A stretch of 57,270 bases of DNA from an uncultured virus (IMG/VR IMGVR_UViG_3300022907_001216) (IMGVR_UViG_3300022907_001216); one strand, 5' to 3'. Shown: positions 11,301 through 19,884, counted from the first letter of the stretch. Notes: a model not told the origin generated them from the letters alone. Translations and numbers: made by a program.

Positions 11301-11379
11301 AAATACCAGGACCAGTAACATCACTGACAGCACTACTTTTCCTAGTAATAGTTGTTCTAATTGATTCATTTCCTAGCAT
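8329..11379 (-). CDS. Baseplate central spike, gp5/VgrG-like, with C-terminal lysozyme-like domain
   Basis: N-terminal OB-type region (YASPFAG...SYGMWMVPPDIGTMVL), IRTRTGHQLLMHN, beta-helix-like repeats, and C-terminal MRESG...FAGKYQFG...LMGAHLKG lysozyme-superfamily motifs. Confidence 0.78.
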   Translation of the reverse strand: MLGNESIRTTITRKSSAVSDVTGPGIFVGRVIGHLDQKFMGGLKVNLLKVNENGNDYDDTGQSIQVQYASPFAGQTPRTKVGANDTYQDTQHSYGMWMVPPDIGTMVLITLVEGRTDFGFWIACIPDPFQNFTVPDGRTATVINSTGAKLPVGEYNAALVEPEGQPQPTKYIKPVNTDFTNILFEQGLNEDEVRGLTSSSARRELPSAVFGINTPGPLDKRQNAPTFPHGKGEIDYYKSRLGGTSIVMDDGDDKFLRKGPASTTPFEYVDVENSNDDADLTKPANELFRIRTRTGHQLLMHNTEDLIYIGNAKGTTWIEMTANGKIDIYAQDSVSVHTENDLNVTADRDINFTANENMSLIAGKNIAIDAGNNIGMSAIENISENAGETLSLIGQTGVAVYGNEKVSIISGGTLDIQSKLQMTIASGEGIGLTGQGGIKGCTDGDINWKVQGNIYSEAEGQIHQTSVLQTYLTAGNTFEMLSGAAIKITSEANMSLKSNTAQMLLESATETSIKSGAALTADASGLLSLRANGANIQATGNNIHLNSTSNPAGTGLNADEAIEARPPTMPKEANPALPDAPVRALQPARVPEHEPWPQHEHLNPMEYTPEKTRAGEQQVNTFPGAPLPDTFSNIGSMAPVVQSERPEVDNLENTNNYNGEGFADAGNVPYGVIVIGTEDIGDPEAAARNVRTLIENVKNQGYKPVVVLSNKNPPFGFPIENELRILTNTVETAALASGAEIELPKYDDIDPTLITEASAQQIAEKYDVGTATKYFGSFTNASRIIGATGKSSIEASGSTSTIISATENVAPATLSTSYPAAGSEIGGIQYCDGPTDGPINSAPYGNITGFSSSETVAYLNALGMRESGLRYKCTNQFGFAGKYQFGGYALKEGGYIKKTVTGGSTRLRLNPSNWTGKRGVNNIDDWLDNKNDCQEDAIILYTNANVRYLKNNGAIKDGDSVSKIAGLLMGAHLKGAYDVAVWRNGKGVKPDGNGTKIDEYITLGSNTITNSGRWLA

Positions 11380-11382
11380 GTA

Positions 11383-13872
11383 TTATTTTCCTTTAAATCC
11401 AGTAATCTTAGAAAATAGTTGGCCGGCAGATTTGCCTACTGCGCCAAACTGTTGCCCTAAATCGTTACCAACGGCACCAAATTGTCCTATAATAGATCCT
11501 AATTGATTATTAAGATTATTAGTAATAACGTTAATTTGTTGTAATGCCCCAAATACGTTTTGAGCTAAATCAACAACAGCATTACCTTGGAATAATTCTT
11601 GTATATTATTCACTCCGTTTGTTTGGAAAGCAGTTTGTAAAGCATTTATTTGATCTTGTGTTTGTTGTAATGCTAATGCTGTATCTTGAATAGTACCAGT
11701 AACTTGATTTTGTAAAACATTTACTAAGTTACTGTTATTTGTTACACTAGCTTGAGTAAGTTGAGATACAAAATTAATATCTTCTAAACTTTGGTTACCC
11801 ATTCTTGCTAAATGTAATGTTTGAGTAAACATTCCATTGTTAAAATTATTTGTAAATTCAATCACTCGATATACTCCTGTAAACAAGTTTACTGGATCAA
11901 GCCTTGATAAATTTCCTACATAATCTAATCCGCTTCTAAAGGCAATTAACACATAGACTTCGCCTCTTGTAAAGTCTATCCTTCCATCTGATTGTACACC
12001 AATTGATTGTCCTGTAGGAAAATTATTTCCAAAATCTGTATCACTTAGATAAAAAGGATCACCCCATATATTCAAATCAACAGTAACATTATCATGGTCA
12101 CTATTTAATACCATTTTATTAAAATGATCTGCTACACGTTTTTTTGAAGATTCAGTACCCATGCCGCCACTATTTGAAGTTCCAAATCCTTCTCTAGATG
12201 CTCCTAAAACATTTTCTCCAGAAGCTGTTGGATTGCTCATTTGATGACCAAAGGCTGCCGCATGATATTCGTCAATTTGTGTTTCTGATCCTCCAAACTG
12301 TTGGACTTCTCTTGCTCCTTGAGTTCCAATAGCCGATATTTCTTTATAAAAAGCATTATCAATATTAAATTGAAAATCAATTACTTCAGAATTTAAACCA
12401 GTATAGGTATAGTAATAATGCTTAACTGCTTCTTTTGCTACATTGCTATAATTAGACGATGCATGTGTACCAGTCAACCTTGAAATATGAATATCGTAAG
12501 GAGTAACTTTGTAAACATATGTCATAGCAGGTAGACCAGTTTTTGCTATCATACTTGTATCTCTAATATGAACTTCTGTGTGGATTTTAAACCAAGCAAC
12601 TTTGTCAGTATGCGGTCCTGATCCTTGTTTTGCTCCTATTAGTAAATCTTTTCCCCATTGACTTGATAAAATTACTTGTTCGATTATTTTTTCTATTTTT
12701 GTTTGAGCACCAAACATAAATTCACGTTTGTTTGGATCAATTGCCATTGTTCCTCGTGTTACAACTTTTGTGCCATCAGGTCGTTCTCTAATGTTTGTTT
12801 CGTCAAAACTTTGAAAAGGAATATTTCCATAATCGTCAAAATCAGTAAGTATCAAACTTTGTCCTATAAGATTAGCATTTGTATTAATAACTGCTTCAGC
12901 TTTTACACTTTGAACATTAATAGGTTGAGCATTTAATTGACTAATTTGAGTTGAAACAGAGGCAAAGTCAGACGGACCCATTATACTATTTTCTAGAGCT
13001 GTAATTTTAGCATTTTTTGTTTGAACTGCTTGAGCATATAAATCATTTGTTTCAAATACGGCTGCTTGTGCATTTGCCAACGCTTCTTGTCTTAATCTAT
13101 CATCAAGATTAGACCCTGGGTTTATAAAATTTCTACTTCCGCCGCCTGAAACAGATACATCTTTTGGTAATTCGATACGGTATCTATGTCCAACAAATCC
13201 AGGTTCTCGTCCTTCTCTTTCAATAATACTTTTGTTAAGTATAGTTTCAACACTTCTTTCACCAAAGCCTAGCACTTCGTCTACTGTTGCTCCAGTGACT
13301 GTTAAATCCGTAGGCACTTTTTGTGCTTGGTCGATTAATGCTTGGTGATTCCACGGAAACGCACTACATTGATAAGTTGCGCCAGCTGAATCAACACTAA
13401 AGGTGACGTTTATAAATTTAAAAGCAAAATGATGTGCTGGCATTGATATAGGATTATTAGAATCATCAAATCCAACAAATTGACAAGACAACATAAACGG
13501 AACATTTAAATAACTAGTACCTGCGCCGTATAAATCTTCGACAGCAACAGATAAACTTTGGAAAAATAAACCAACACTGTGTGGTTCTTTAACTTCAAAT
13601 GTCAAACTATAAGCATTACTATGCCCTGTTCCAGGATTATGAGTTACAGCATATTTTGACTGAACATTTTCTATAAAAAATTCTACATTTGTGCCTGTAG
13701 CATCTTCAATAGCAGTAGTAACTGTTTTATCAGGAAATCCGCCAGATTGTATAATTTTTAATGCTGGTCCATTACTGTACAAAGCTGGATTGGTTACTTG
13801 GTTCGCACTTAATACGCCAAGAGACCATCTATAATTATAAGTTCCAAACTGAGATAACGGATTTTCTAGCAT
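11383..13872 (-). CDS. Baseplate hub / tail protein (gp27/GpD-like)
   Basis: 829 aa between the LysM-like gene and the spike gene. LNIWGDP and FTGVYRVIEFTNNFNNGMFTQTLHL resemble hub protein C-termini. Confidence 0.55.
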   Translation of the reverse strand: MLENPLSQFGTYNYRWSLGVLSANQVTNPALYSNGPALKIIQSGGFPDKTVTTAIEDATGTNVEFFIENVQSKYAVTHNPGTGHSNAYSLTFEVKEPHSVGLFFQSLSVAVEDLYGAGTSYLNVPFMLSCQFVGFDDSNNPISMPAHHFAFKFINVTFSVDSAGATYQCSAFPWNHQALIDQAQKVPTDLTVTGATVDEVLGFGERSVETILNKSIIEREGREPGFVGHRYRIELPKDVSVSGGGSRNFINPGSNLDDRLRQEALANAQAAVFETNDLYAQAVQTKNAKITALENSIMGPSDFASVSTQISQLNAQPINVQSVKAEAVINTNANLIGQSLILTDFDDYGNIPFQSFDETNIRERPDGTKVVTRGTMAIDPNKREFMFGAQTKIEKIIEQVILSSQWGKDLLIGAKQGSGPHTDKVAWFKIHTEVHIRDTSMIAKTGLPAMTYVYKVTPYDIHISRLTGTHASSNYSNVAKEAVKHYYYTYTGLNSEVIDFQFNIDNAFYKEISAIGTQGAREVQQFGGSETQIDEYHAAAFGHQMSNPTASGENVLGASREGFGTSNSGGMGTESSKKRVADHFNKMVLNSDHDNVTVDLNIWGDPFYLSDTDFGNNFPTGQSIGVQSDGRIDFTRGEVYVLIAFRSGLDYVGNLSRLDPVNLFTGVYRVIEFTNNFNNGMFTQTLHLARMGNQSLEDINFVSQLTQASVTNNSNLVNVLQNQVTGTIQDTALALQQTQDQINALQTAFQTNGVNNIQELFQGNAVVDLAQNVFGALQQINVITNNLNNQLGSIIGQFGAVGNDLGQQFGAVGKSAGQLFSKITGFKGK

Positions 13873-14172
13873 TTAGCCTCCAAGGACAGCATCTAATGTA
13901 GTTTTTTGAGGTAACCTAATTGTAACACCAGGTACAAAATCAAATACTGGATCTTTTATAATGTCCATGTTTCTTCTAGCAAACACCCACCATAACTTTG
14001 ATGAACCATATATATCGTATGCTAATAAATCTGGACGGTAAATGTATTGCGCTTCTATTGTGTAAGCAATATCTTTGTCGTTTAGTGGTATGTTCCTGCT
14101 TGTATATATGTCAAGATAATCGTTGCGCACAGGAGTTTGATAATAAGGACTAGTACCGGCATATTTTACCAT
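13873..14172 (-). CDS. Baseplate LysM-like wedge protein (gp53/tail X-like)
   Basis: YRPDLLAYDIYGSSKLWWVFARRN...PGVTIRLP is the typical gp53/LysM pattern. Confidence 0.8.
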   Translation of the reverse strand: MVKYAGTSPYYQTPVRNDYLDIYTSRNIPLNDKDIAYTIEAQYIYRPDLLAYDIYGSSKLWWVFARRNMDIIKDPVFDFVPGVTIRLPQKTTLDAVLGG

Positions 14173-15068
14173 TAGATAAATCCTCCAGGTTTAGTGTTAC
14201 CAATGTAATCACCTTTAATAAACGATTGTAAATCAAATTCTCTTGTAGCAGTCCTGCTGTACGCTGGTGCTACTGTTACGTTAATTGTACTCAATGTTGG
14301 TACATAACTGTATTTAGATCCTGCTATGTATGCTTCAGGTATTTCACTTGATAAATCTGAATTACTTCCTAATGGAACTTTTATATAATCAACAGCATTA
14401 GGCAAATCTAAGTTAAACATTTTTACAACTACAGGAGTCTCATCAAAAATAAAATCTCCGTATCCACTCAAAGCAATTCTTGGCGGAGGATGTCCTTGAA
14501 ATTCGCTGTTACCATAAAACATTTTTGTAATACTACGTAAGAAATGGACAGCAGCAATCCAGTATGCTCCGTCTGCTTCATTTTCAACTGGAAATTCAGC
14601 ACTAATTGTTATATCTTCTATTCTACTATTTTGATATATGTAATATGGATAGTTTGAATGAGTTGGATCAAACGAATCATAGTTTGCTTGACTAGAAAGT
14701 AAAATTTGTGGAGTAGTTGGAAATACTAAACTAGCATTACTTTCTTTTAAAGGCTTTAATATTGGACTATTTAGAAACCAATTTGGAGATGCTGGCAAAT
14801 GTAAACGAACTCTCCAATCGTTTCCACGTAAATCTGAAGAAGATGATAACCTAGCAGTTGTAGTGCTAGAACCTGCTTGTGTTGCGCCAAATTGTAACGC
14901 TGTTCCCATACGGTTTGAGCTTACAAATGCTGCGGCACTAGTAAAATCATTAATAGACGTTACAGCATTAGATATATTGTTTATTGTATTGAATACTTTT
15001 CCTACAGGCGAACTGTTAAACGATGATATAACATTGTTTACTGCTTTTCCAATTACGTTAAATGGCAT
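14172..15068 (-). CDS. Baseplate tail-tube initiator/cap-like protein (gp48/gp54-like)
   Basis: LVFPTTPQI...HFLRSITKMFYG...PPPRIALSGYG...PVVV tube-fold pattern; first gene of the baseplate operon; GGAG SD at 15075-15078. Confidence 0.55.
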   Translation of the reverse strand: MPFNVIGKAVNNVISSFNSSPVGKVFNTINNISNAVTSINDFTSAAAFVSSNRMGTALQFGATQAGSSTTTARLSSSSDLRGNDWRVRLHLPASPNWFLNSPILKPLKESNASLVFPTTPQILLSSQANYDSFDPTHSNYPYYIYQNSRIEDITISAEFPVENEADGAYWIAAVHFLRSITKMFYGNSEFQGHPPPRIALSGYGDFIFDETPVVVKMFNLDLPNAVDYIKVPLGSNSDLSSEIPEAYIAGSKYSYVPTLSTINVTVAPAYSRTATREFDLQSFIKGDYIGNTKPGGFI

Positions 15069-15085
15069 AATAATCTCCTATACAG

Positions 15086-15092
15086 TATTTAG
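15086..15092 (-). promoter_or_regulatory. Putative late promoter (CTAAATA) for the baseplate operon
   Basis: TAAATA core 18 nt upstream of the operon's first ATG. Confidence 0.5.
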
Positions 15093-15121
15093 TTGACAAA
15101 ATTATCTACGTATATTATAAT
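15093..15121 (+). promoter_or_regulatory. Consensus sigma70 promoter for gp55
   Basis: TTGACA (15093-15098), 17 nt spacer, TATAAT (15116-15121). Confidence 0.85.
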
Positions 15122-15142
15122 AAATACAACATAGGAGAATTC

Positions 15143-15961
15143 ATGGCAAGAAGAGTAAATTATCTCAACAATAAAGACATGTTAGCTGAAATACATAAAT
15201 CAAAAAATAGTTTTTCAAGTTTTTTAGAACCAAGTTATGCAGATTATGACATTATTTTACCAAGTGTTGATAAAATTAATATAAGAACAGTTGCCGAAGC
15301 AAAGAGAGCTAAGGCAAAAAAATTAAGTCAGCGGTCATATGAAGAACAAAAGGCAGCTGGTAGAAAAGTAAAAATGGCAGATTGCGAAGTAAGTTACAAA
15401 ACTATACAAAAAGAAGAACTTATTTTTAGAGTTATGACATTTGATCATATTCCAGAAGAGCCTGGTCGTAAGAAAAATCCAAAAACAGTAGCAGACCATA
15501 AAACAAAGTTACCATTTCCGCCATATCAACATTACAAGTACGATGACGAAGGCAATTTAATGTGTGTAGGCAAAAGTCACTGGGTAGGTGGAATTGAAAA
15601 CGGACATTTTGATAAAACCTTAGGAAAAGCAACCAATAAACTTGCGATGATGTGGATGAAACTGGTAGATCGTTATGCCACAAGAGGCAATGTACGTGGA
15701 TACACTTACAATGACGAGATGAAAGGTCAAGCAATATTACAATTAGCACAGATTGGACTACAATTTGACGAAAGTAAGTCACAAAACCCATTTGCGTATT
15801 ATACTGCGGCTGTAACTAACAGTTTTGTTCGTGTAATTAATTTAGAAAAGCGTAATCAAAATATTAGAGATGATATCCTTGAAATGAACGACTTAGCACC
15901 TAGTCATACTAGACAACATGCCGGTGAATGGGAAGCAGCACTTAAAAGACAGTCTAAATAA
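15143..15961 (+). CDS. Late-transcription sigma factor, T4 gp55-like
   Basis: NYLNNKDML N-terminus and RGYTYNDEM...FDESKSQNPFAYYT...SFVRVINLEK; AGGAG SD; directly upstream of gp47/gp46 as in T4-like phages. Confidence 0.85.
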   Translation: MARRVNYLNNKDMLAEIHKSKNSFSSFLEPSYADYDIILPSVDKINIRTVAEAKRAKAKKLSQRSYEEQKAAGRKVKMADCEVSYKTIQKEELIFRVMTFDHIPEEPGRKKNPKTVADHKTKLPFPPYQHYKYDDEGNLMCVGKSHWVGGIENGHFDKTLGKATNKLAMMWMKLVDRYATRGNVRGYTYNDEMKGQAILQLAQIGLQFDESKSQNPFAYYTAAVTNSFVRVINLEKRNQNIRDDILEMNDLAPSHTRQHAGEWEAALKRQSK

Positions 15962-15964
15962 CTA

Positions 15965-15993
15965 TTGACAACCTAACGAATATCCCGTATAAT
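15965..15993 (+). promoter_or_regulatory. Consensus sigma70 promoter for gp47-gp46
   Basis: TTGACA (15965-15970), 17 nt spacer, TATAAT (15988-15993). Confidence 0.85.
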
Positions 15994-16018
15994 AGTATTC
16001 TATGATAGGAGTATTTCT

Positions 16019-17032
16019 TTGTTTAAAAAAGCTGCGGTCTTTACAGATATCCATTTTGGATTGAAGGGTAATTCGCGAATACACAACCAAGATTGTGAAA
16101 ATTATGTAGACTGGTTTATACAAACTGCTAAAGACAACGGATGCGAAACTGCTTTGTTTACCGGTGACTGGAATCATAATAGAAATAGTCTCAATTTAAC
16201 TACTATGGATGCCGGTATTCGTAGTTTAGAAAAGTTAGGAGGCGCATTTGACAACTTTTATATGTTTGCTGGTAACCACGACTTGTACTACAAAGATAAA
16301 CGTGATGTAAAGTCTACTGAATTTGCGAAACACATACCTGGTATTACAGTTATTGAAGACATTTATGTCAAAGACGATGTAGCATTAGTGCCTTGGCTAG
16401 TCGAAGACGAATGGAAACAAATAAAAAACATAAAATCTAAGTATTTGTTTGGGCATTTTGAACTTCCTAGTTTCTATATGAACGCAATGGTACAGATGCC
16501 CGACCATGGAGAACTAAAAGCTGAACATTTCCAACATCAAGAGTATGTGTTTAGTGGACATTTTCATAAAAGACAAAAACAAGGCAAGATACATTACATT
16601 GGTAATGCGTTTCCACACAATTATGCCGATGCTTGGGACGATGATCGTGGTATGATGATACTAGATCTTGAAAACAATGCCGAACCTGAGTATATAAATT
16701 GGTTAGATTGTCCAAAGTATCGTACAGTAAAACTATCGCAACTAATTGACCAGAAAGAAACATTAATAAAACCAAATATGTATCTACGAGTTACCTTAGA
16801 CTTGCCGGTAAGTTACGAAGAAGCAAGTTTTATTAAAGAAACATTCATAAACGAATATGCTTGTCGAGAAATCACACTTATTCCACAAAAACAACTAGAA
16901 GAAATCAATACCGAACTAGACATTGCTCAATTTGAAAGTGTTGACCAAATTGTTAGTAATGAAATTATGGCAATTGACAGCGATAACTTTGATAAAGCAA
17001 CACTTTTAGAAATTTATAATGGCTTAGAATGA
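16019..17032 (+). CDS. Recombination endonuclease subunit gp47 (Mre11/SbcD-like)
   Basis: Metallophosphoesterase motifs DIHFG, GD, GNHD, GHFE and SGHFH; TTG start with AGGAG SD. Confidence 0.92.
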   Translation: MFKKAAVFTDIHFGLKGNSRIHNQDCENYVDWFIQTAKDNGCETALFTGDWNHNRNSLNLTTMDAGIRSLEKLGGAFDNFYMFAGNHDLYYKDKRDVKSTEFAKHIPGITVIEDIYVKDDVALVPWLVEDEWKQIKNIKSKYLFGHFELPSFYMNAMVQMPDHGELKAEHFQHQEYVFSGHFHKRQKQGKIHYIGNAFPHNYADAWDDDRGMMILDLENNAEPEYINWLDCPKYRTVKLSQLIDQKETLIKPNMYLRVTLDLPVSYEEASFIKETFINEYACREITLIPQKQLEEINTELDIAQFESVDQIVSNEIMAIDSDNFDKATLLEIYNGLE

Positions 17033-18807
17033 TAAAAATTAAAGACTTAACAGTAAAGAACTTTATGAGTGTGGGTAATGTTACCCAAGCAGTTGATTTT
17101 GAAGAGGATCAACTCACTCTAGTGCTTGGTGAAAACTTAGATCAAGGAGGTGACGACTCAGGCTCACGCAACGGTACAGGCAAAACTACTATAATCAATG
17201 GATTATCTTACGCCTTGTACGGCCAAGCACTGACCAACATCAAGAGAAACAATCTTATCAATAAGACAAACTCTAAAGGCATGTTGGTCACCCTTAATTT
17301 TGAGAAAGGCGGTAATCAATACCGTATAGAACGTGGTAGATCACCTAACATTCTCAAGTTTTATGTAAATGACCAAGAACAAAAAGACGAGTTTGAAGAT
17401 AATAGCCAAGGCGATAGTCGTAAAACACAAGAAACTATCAATAACTTGTTGGATATGAGCCATGATATGTTTAAACACATTGTTGCTTTAAACACATACA
17501 CCGAACCTTTCTTGAGTATGCGTACAAATGATCAACGTGCTATTATTGAACAATTATTAGGTATTACCTTGTTATCCGAGAAAGCAAGTATACTTAAAGA
17601 GTTAGTTAAAACAACAAAAGATAACATTGTCCAAGAAACGTTAAAGATCGAAGCTATACAAAAAGCAAACGAAGGCATCCAAAGCACTATTAATAACTTG
17701 GAAACAACTCAAAAAGCATGGAAATCCAAACAAAGATCCGATATAGACAAACTAACTAGTGCTATAGAACATTTAGAAGAGCTTGATATCGAAAAAGAGC
17801 TAGATTCTCATGAAAAACTAGCAAATTGGACTGAACACAATAACACTATATCAGCTCTTAGAAAAGAATTAGCCACATTAGAACCAGCGCTGGTACGTGC
17901 CGACAAGAGTGTTAGTAAATTAAACAAAGATATTGTTGAATTAAAAGACGCTACATGTTATACATGCGGACAGGAACTTCATGTAGATAAAAAAGCAGAG
18001 ATAGAAGCCAAAAAAGCGAAAGAACTTGAAGATACTATGTCATATCAAGTAGAAGTTGCTGGTAAACTTGAAGATGTTGTGAAAGCATTAGACGAAATAG
18101 GCGATATTAATGGAAAGCCTACTACATTTTACGAAAATGCTAAAGAAGCATATGAACATAGAAACAACGTAGATAATTTGAAGAAAACATTGCTAAGTAA
18201 ACAGCAAGAGGCGGATCCATACCAGGCACAAATTGACGACTTAACAGACACAGCACTTCAACCCATTGATTGGACACCGGTAAACAAACTAACAAATATA
18301 AAAGAACATCAAGAGTTTCTTTTAAAACTGTTAACAAACAAAGATTCGTTTATTCGAAAGAAGATCATTGATCAAAACTTAGCATATCTAAACAATAGGC
18401 TAACATACTACTTAGATAGAATAGGATTGCCGCATCAAGTTGTGTTTCAAAACGATTTAAACGTTGAAATTACACAACTAGGGCAAGATTTAGACTTTGA
18501 TAACCTGTCACGTGGTGAACGTAACAGGCTAATACTTGGTCTTAGCTTTGCTTTCCGTGATGTTTGGGAAAGTTTATACCAAAGTATTAACTTATTGTTC
18601 ATTGACGAGCTTATTGACAGTGGAATGGACACAGCAGGCGTAGAAAATAGTATAGGCATACTAAAAAAGATGACTAGAGAGCGTGATAAGAACGTGTTCT
18701 TGATTAGTCATAAGGATGAACTAGTAGGCAGAGTGAATAACGTATTAAGAGTTGTTAAAGAAAACGGCTTTACCAGTTACGCAACAGATATTGATATTGT
18801 AGAATAA
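17029..18807 (+). CDS. Recombination ATPase subunit gp46 (Rad50/SbcC-like)
   Basis: Walker A NGTGKTT, zinc hook CYTC, signature LSRGE, Walker B LFIDE, ISH, and coiled coils. Confidence 0.93.
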   Translation: MIKIKDLTVKNFMSVGNVTQAVDFEEDQLTLVLGENLDQGGDDSGSRNGTGKTTIINGLSYALYGQALTNIKRNNLINKTNSKGMLVTLNFEKGGNQYRIERGRSPNILKFYVNDQEQKDEFEDNSQGDSRKTQETINNLLDMSHDMFKHIVALNTYTEPFLSMRTNDQRAIIEQLLGITLLSEKASILKELVKTTKDNIVQETLKIEAIQKANEGIQSTINNLETTQKAWKSKQRSDIDKLTSAIEHLEELDIEKELDSHEKLANWTEHNNTISALRKELATLEPALVRADKSVSKLNKDIVELKDATCYTCGQELHVDKKAEIEAKKAKELEDTMSYQVEVAGKLEDVVKALDEIGDINGKPTTFYENAKEAYEHRNNVDNLKKTLLSKQQEADPYQAQIDDLTDTALQPIDWTPVNKLTNIKEHQEFLLKLLTNKDSFIRKKIIDQNLAYLNNRLTYYLDRIGLPHQVVFQNDLNVEITQLGQDLDFDNLSRGERNRLILGLSFAFRDVWESLYQSINLLFIDELIDSGMDTAGVENSIGILKKMTRERDKNVFLISHKDELVGRVNNVLRVVKENGFTSYATDIDIVE

Positions 18808-19049
18808 TGGAATCAGATACACATGACAAAATTATACTTGCTGTTCTTGAATACTTTAGGTTGAATGAAGAATTTCAACAAAGACCAGCAGAGCTTAAAC
18901 GTAGAAAAGTACGTAAAGCACTGTCTAGTATACGATATTTGTGTTTAGACAGACGAGCAGAAGTACTAGAAGAACATATTAAACATGTAAAAGACGGCAG
19001 AGCAAAAAACAATCCAGAAAAGGCACGAGAAGCAAAGTCAAACAAGTAA
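18807..19049 (+). CDS. Small basic protein, possibly DNA-binding (resembles histone H1-like Hc1 phage proteins)
   Basis: 80 aa, coupled to the gp46 stop. The NEEF...RKVRKALSSIRYLCLDRRAEV pattern gives only a weak family resemblance. Confidence 0.5.
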   Translation: MESDTHDKIILAVLEYFRLNEEFQQRPAELKRRKVRKALSSIRYLCLDRRAEVLEEHIKHVKDGRAKNNPEKAREAKSNK

Positions 19050-19056
19050 CTACAGT

Positions 19057-19491
19057 ATGAGTTGGACATACAAAGGTAAAGAAATAACTGAAGTATCAGA
19101 CGAATACGAAGGGTTCGTTTACCTTATAACCAATTTAACAGACAATCGCAAATACGTAGGCAAAAAACTAGCAAAATTTAAAACAACCAAGCCACCATTA
19201 AAAGGCAAAAAGAATAAAAGACGCGGAACAAAAGAATCAGATTGGAGAGACTATTGGGGATCTTCAGATAAACTATTAGCAGACGTAGAAAAATTAGGCG
19301 AAAACAATTTTACAAGAGAGATACTATACTTTTGTAAAAGTAGAGGCGAAATGTCATACCTAGAGGCACGAGAACAATTTGAACGTAGAGTTTTAGAAAC
19401 AGATGAATACTACAACGGTATTATAAACGTTCGAGTTGGTGGTTCAAATATACTTAGAGAAAATTTAAAGGCACATCAGGACACTGTTTGA
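19057..19491 (+). CDS. Stand-alone GIY-YIG family endonuclease
   Basis: GFVY-LITN...KYVG motif pair, then YWGSS, REIL, the conserved Glu in YLEAREQ, and YYN; 144 aa, catalytic domain only. Confidence 0.85.
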   Translation: MSWTYKGKEITEVSDEYEGFVYLITNLTDNRKYVGKKLAKFKTTKPPLKGKKNKRRGTKESDWRDYWGSSDKLLADVEKLGENNFTREILYFCKSRGEMSYLEAREQFERRVLETDEYYNGIINVRVGGSNILRENLKAHQDTV

Positions 19492-19840
19492 TCGGAATTG
19501 TTCGATCCACCTTGAGCTTCACGTAACCACGTGATCAGACACTGGTGAAGTCCCACAGGCTGTATGCTACGAAAACCCCTTAGCACTAGGAACGAAGCGG
19601 GGGATAGCGCATTTTGCGTGATGTCGACGTAGGTTGGGAAAGGTCAGAGCCCAGTAGCAAAGTCAAACACCTACTTCCGAATCTCGGCCATGCTACTCGT
19701 ATGAAGCAAGAGAAGATGGAGCCTCTGCAAGGTTCCGTCTGACCAATTAATCTGTATGAAACTAAAGTGCTTCGCACTTATAATAAATAAAAAAGTGTTT
19801 GAGTGACAACGAAAAACACAGATGAACGTAAGTTCATCTT
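19490..19840 (+). ncRNA. Candidate large structured non-coding RNA
   Basis: About 52% GC over 19501-19740 (hand count) in an AT-rich genome, with no credible ORF. Contains many stems, several with G-U pairs favouring the + strand, a GUAA tetraloop, and a 7-bp long-range pairing GGTCAGA/TCTGACC. Confidence 0.65.
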
Positions 19841-19847
19841 GATAAAG

Positions 19848-19854
19848 ATAAATA
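19848..19854 (+). promoter_or_regulatory. Putative late promoter (ATAAATA)
   Basis: Motif 30 nt upstream of the ATG at 19885. Confidence 0.5.
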
Positions 19855-19884
19855 ATATTAACAAAACACTTTAGGATTTATATT

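Noticed and set aside
19586..19777. 63 aa minus-strand ORF inside the structured region
   Set aside because: It has no SD and an atypical composition, and the G-U-containing stems point to a plus-strand RNA.
19490..19840. Group I/II intron, RNase P RNA, tmRNA or hammerhead identity for the structured region
   Set aside because: There are partial resemblances (GGTCAGAGCCCA to the group I R element, GTGAAGTCC to RNase P P4), but the required partner strands are missing. There is also no interrupted host gene, no group II domain V, no tRNA-like ends and no CUGAUGA core.
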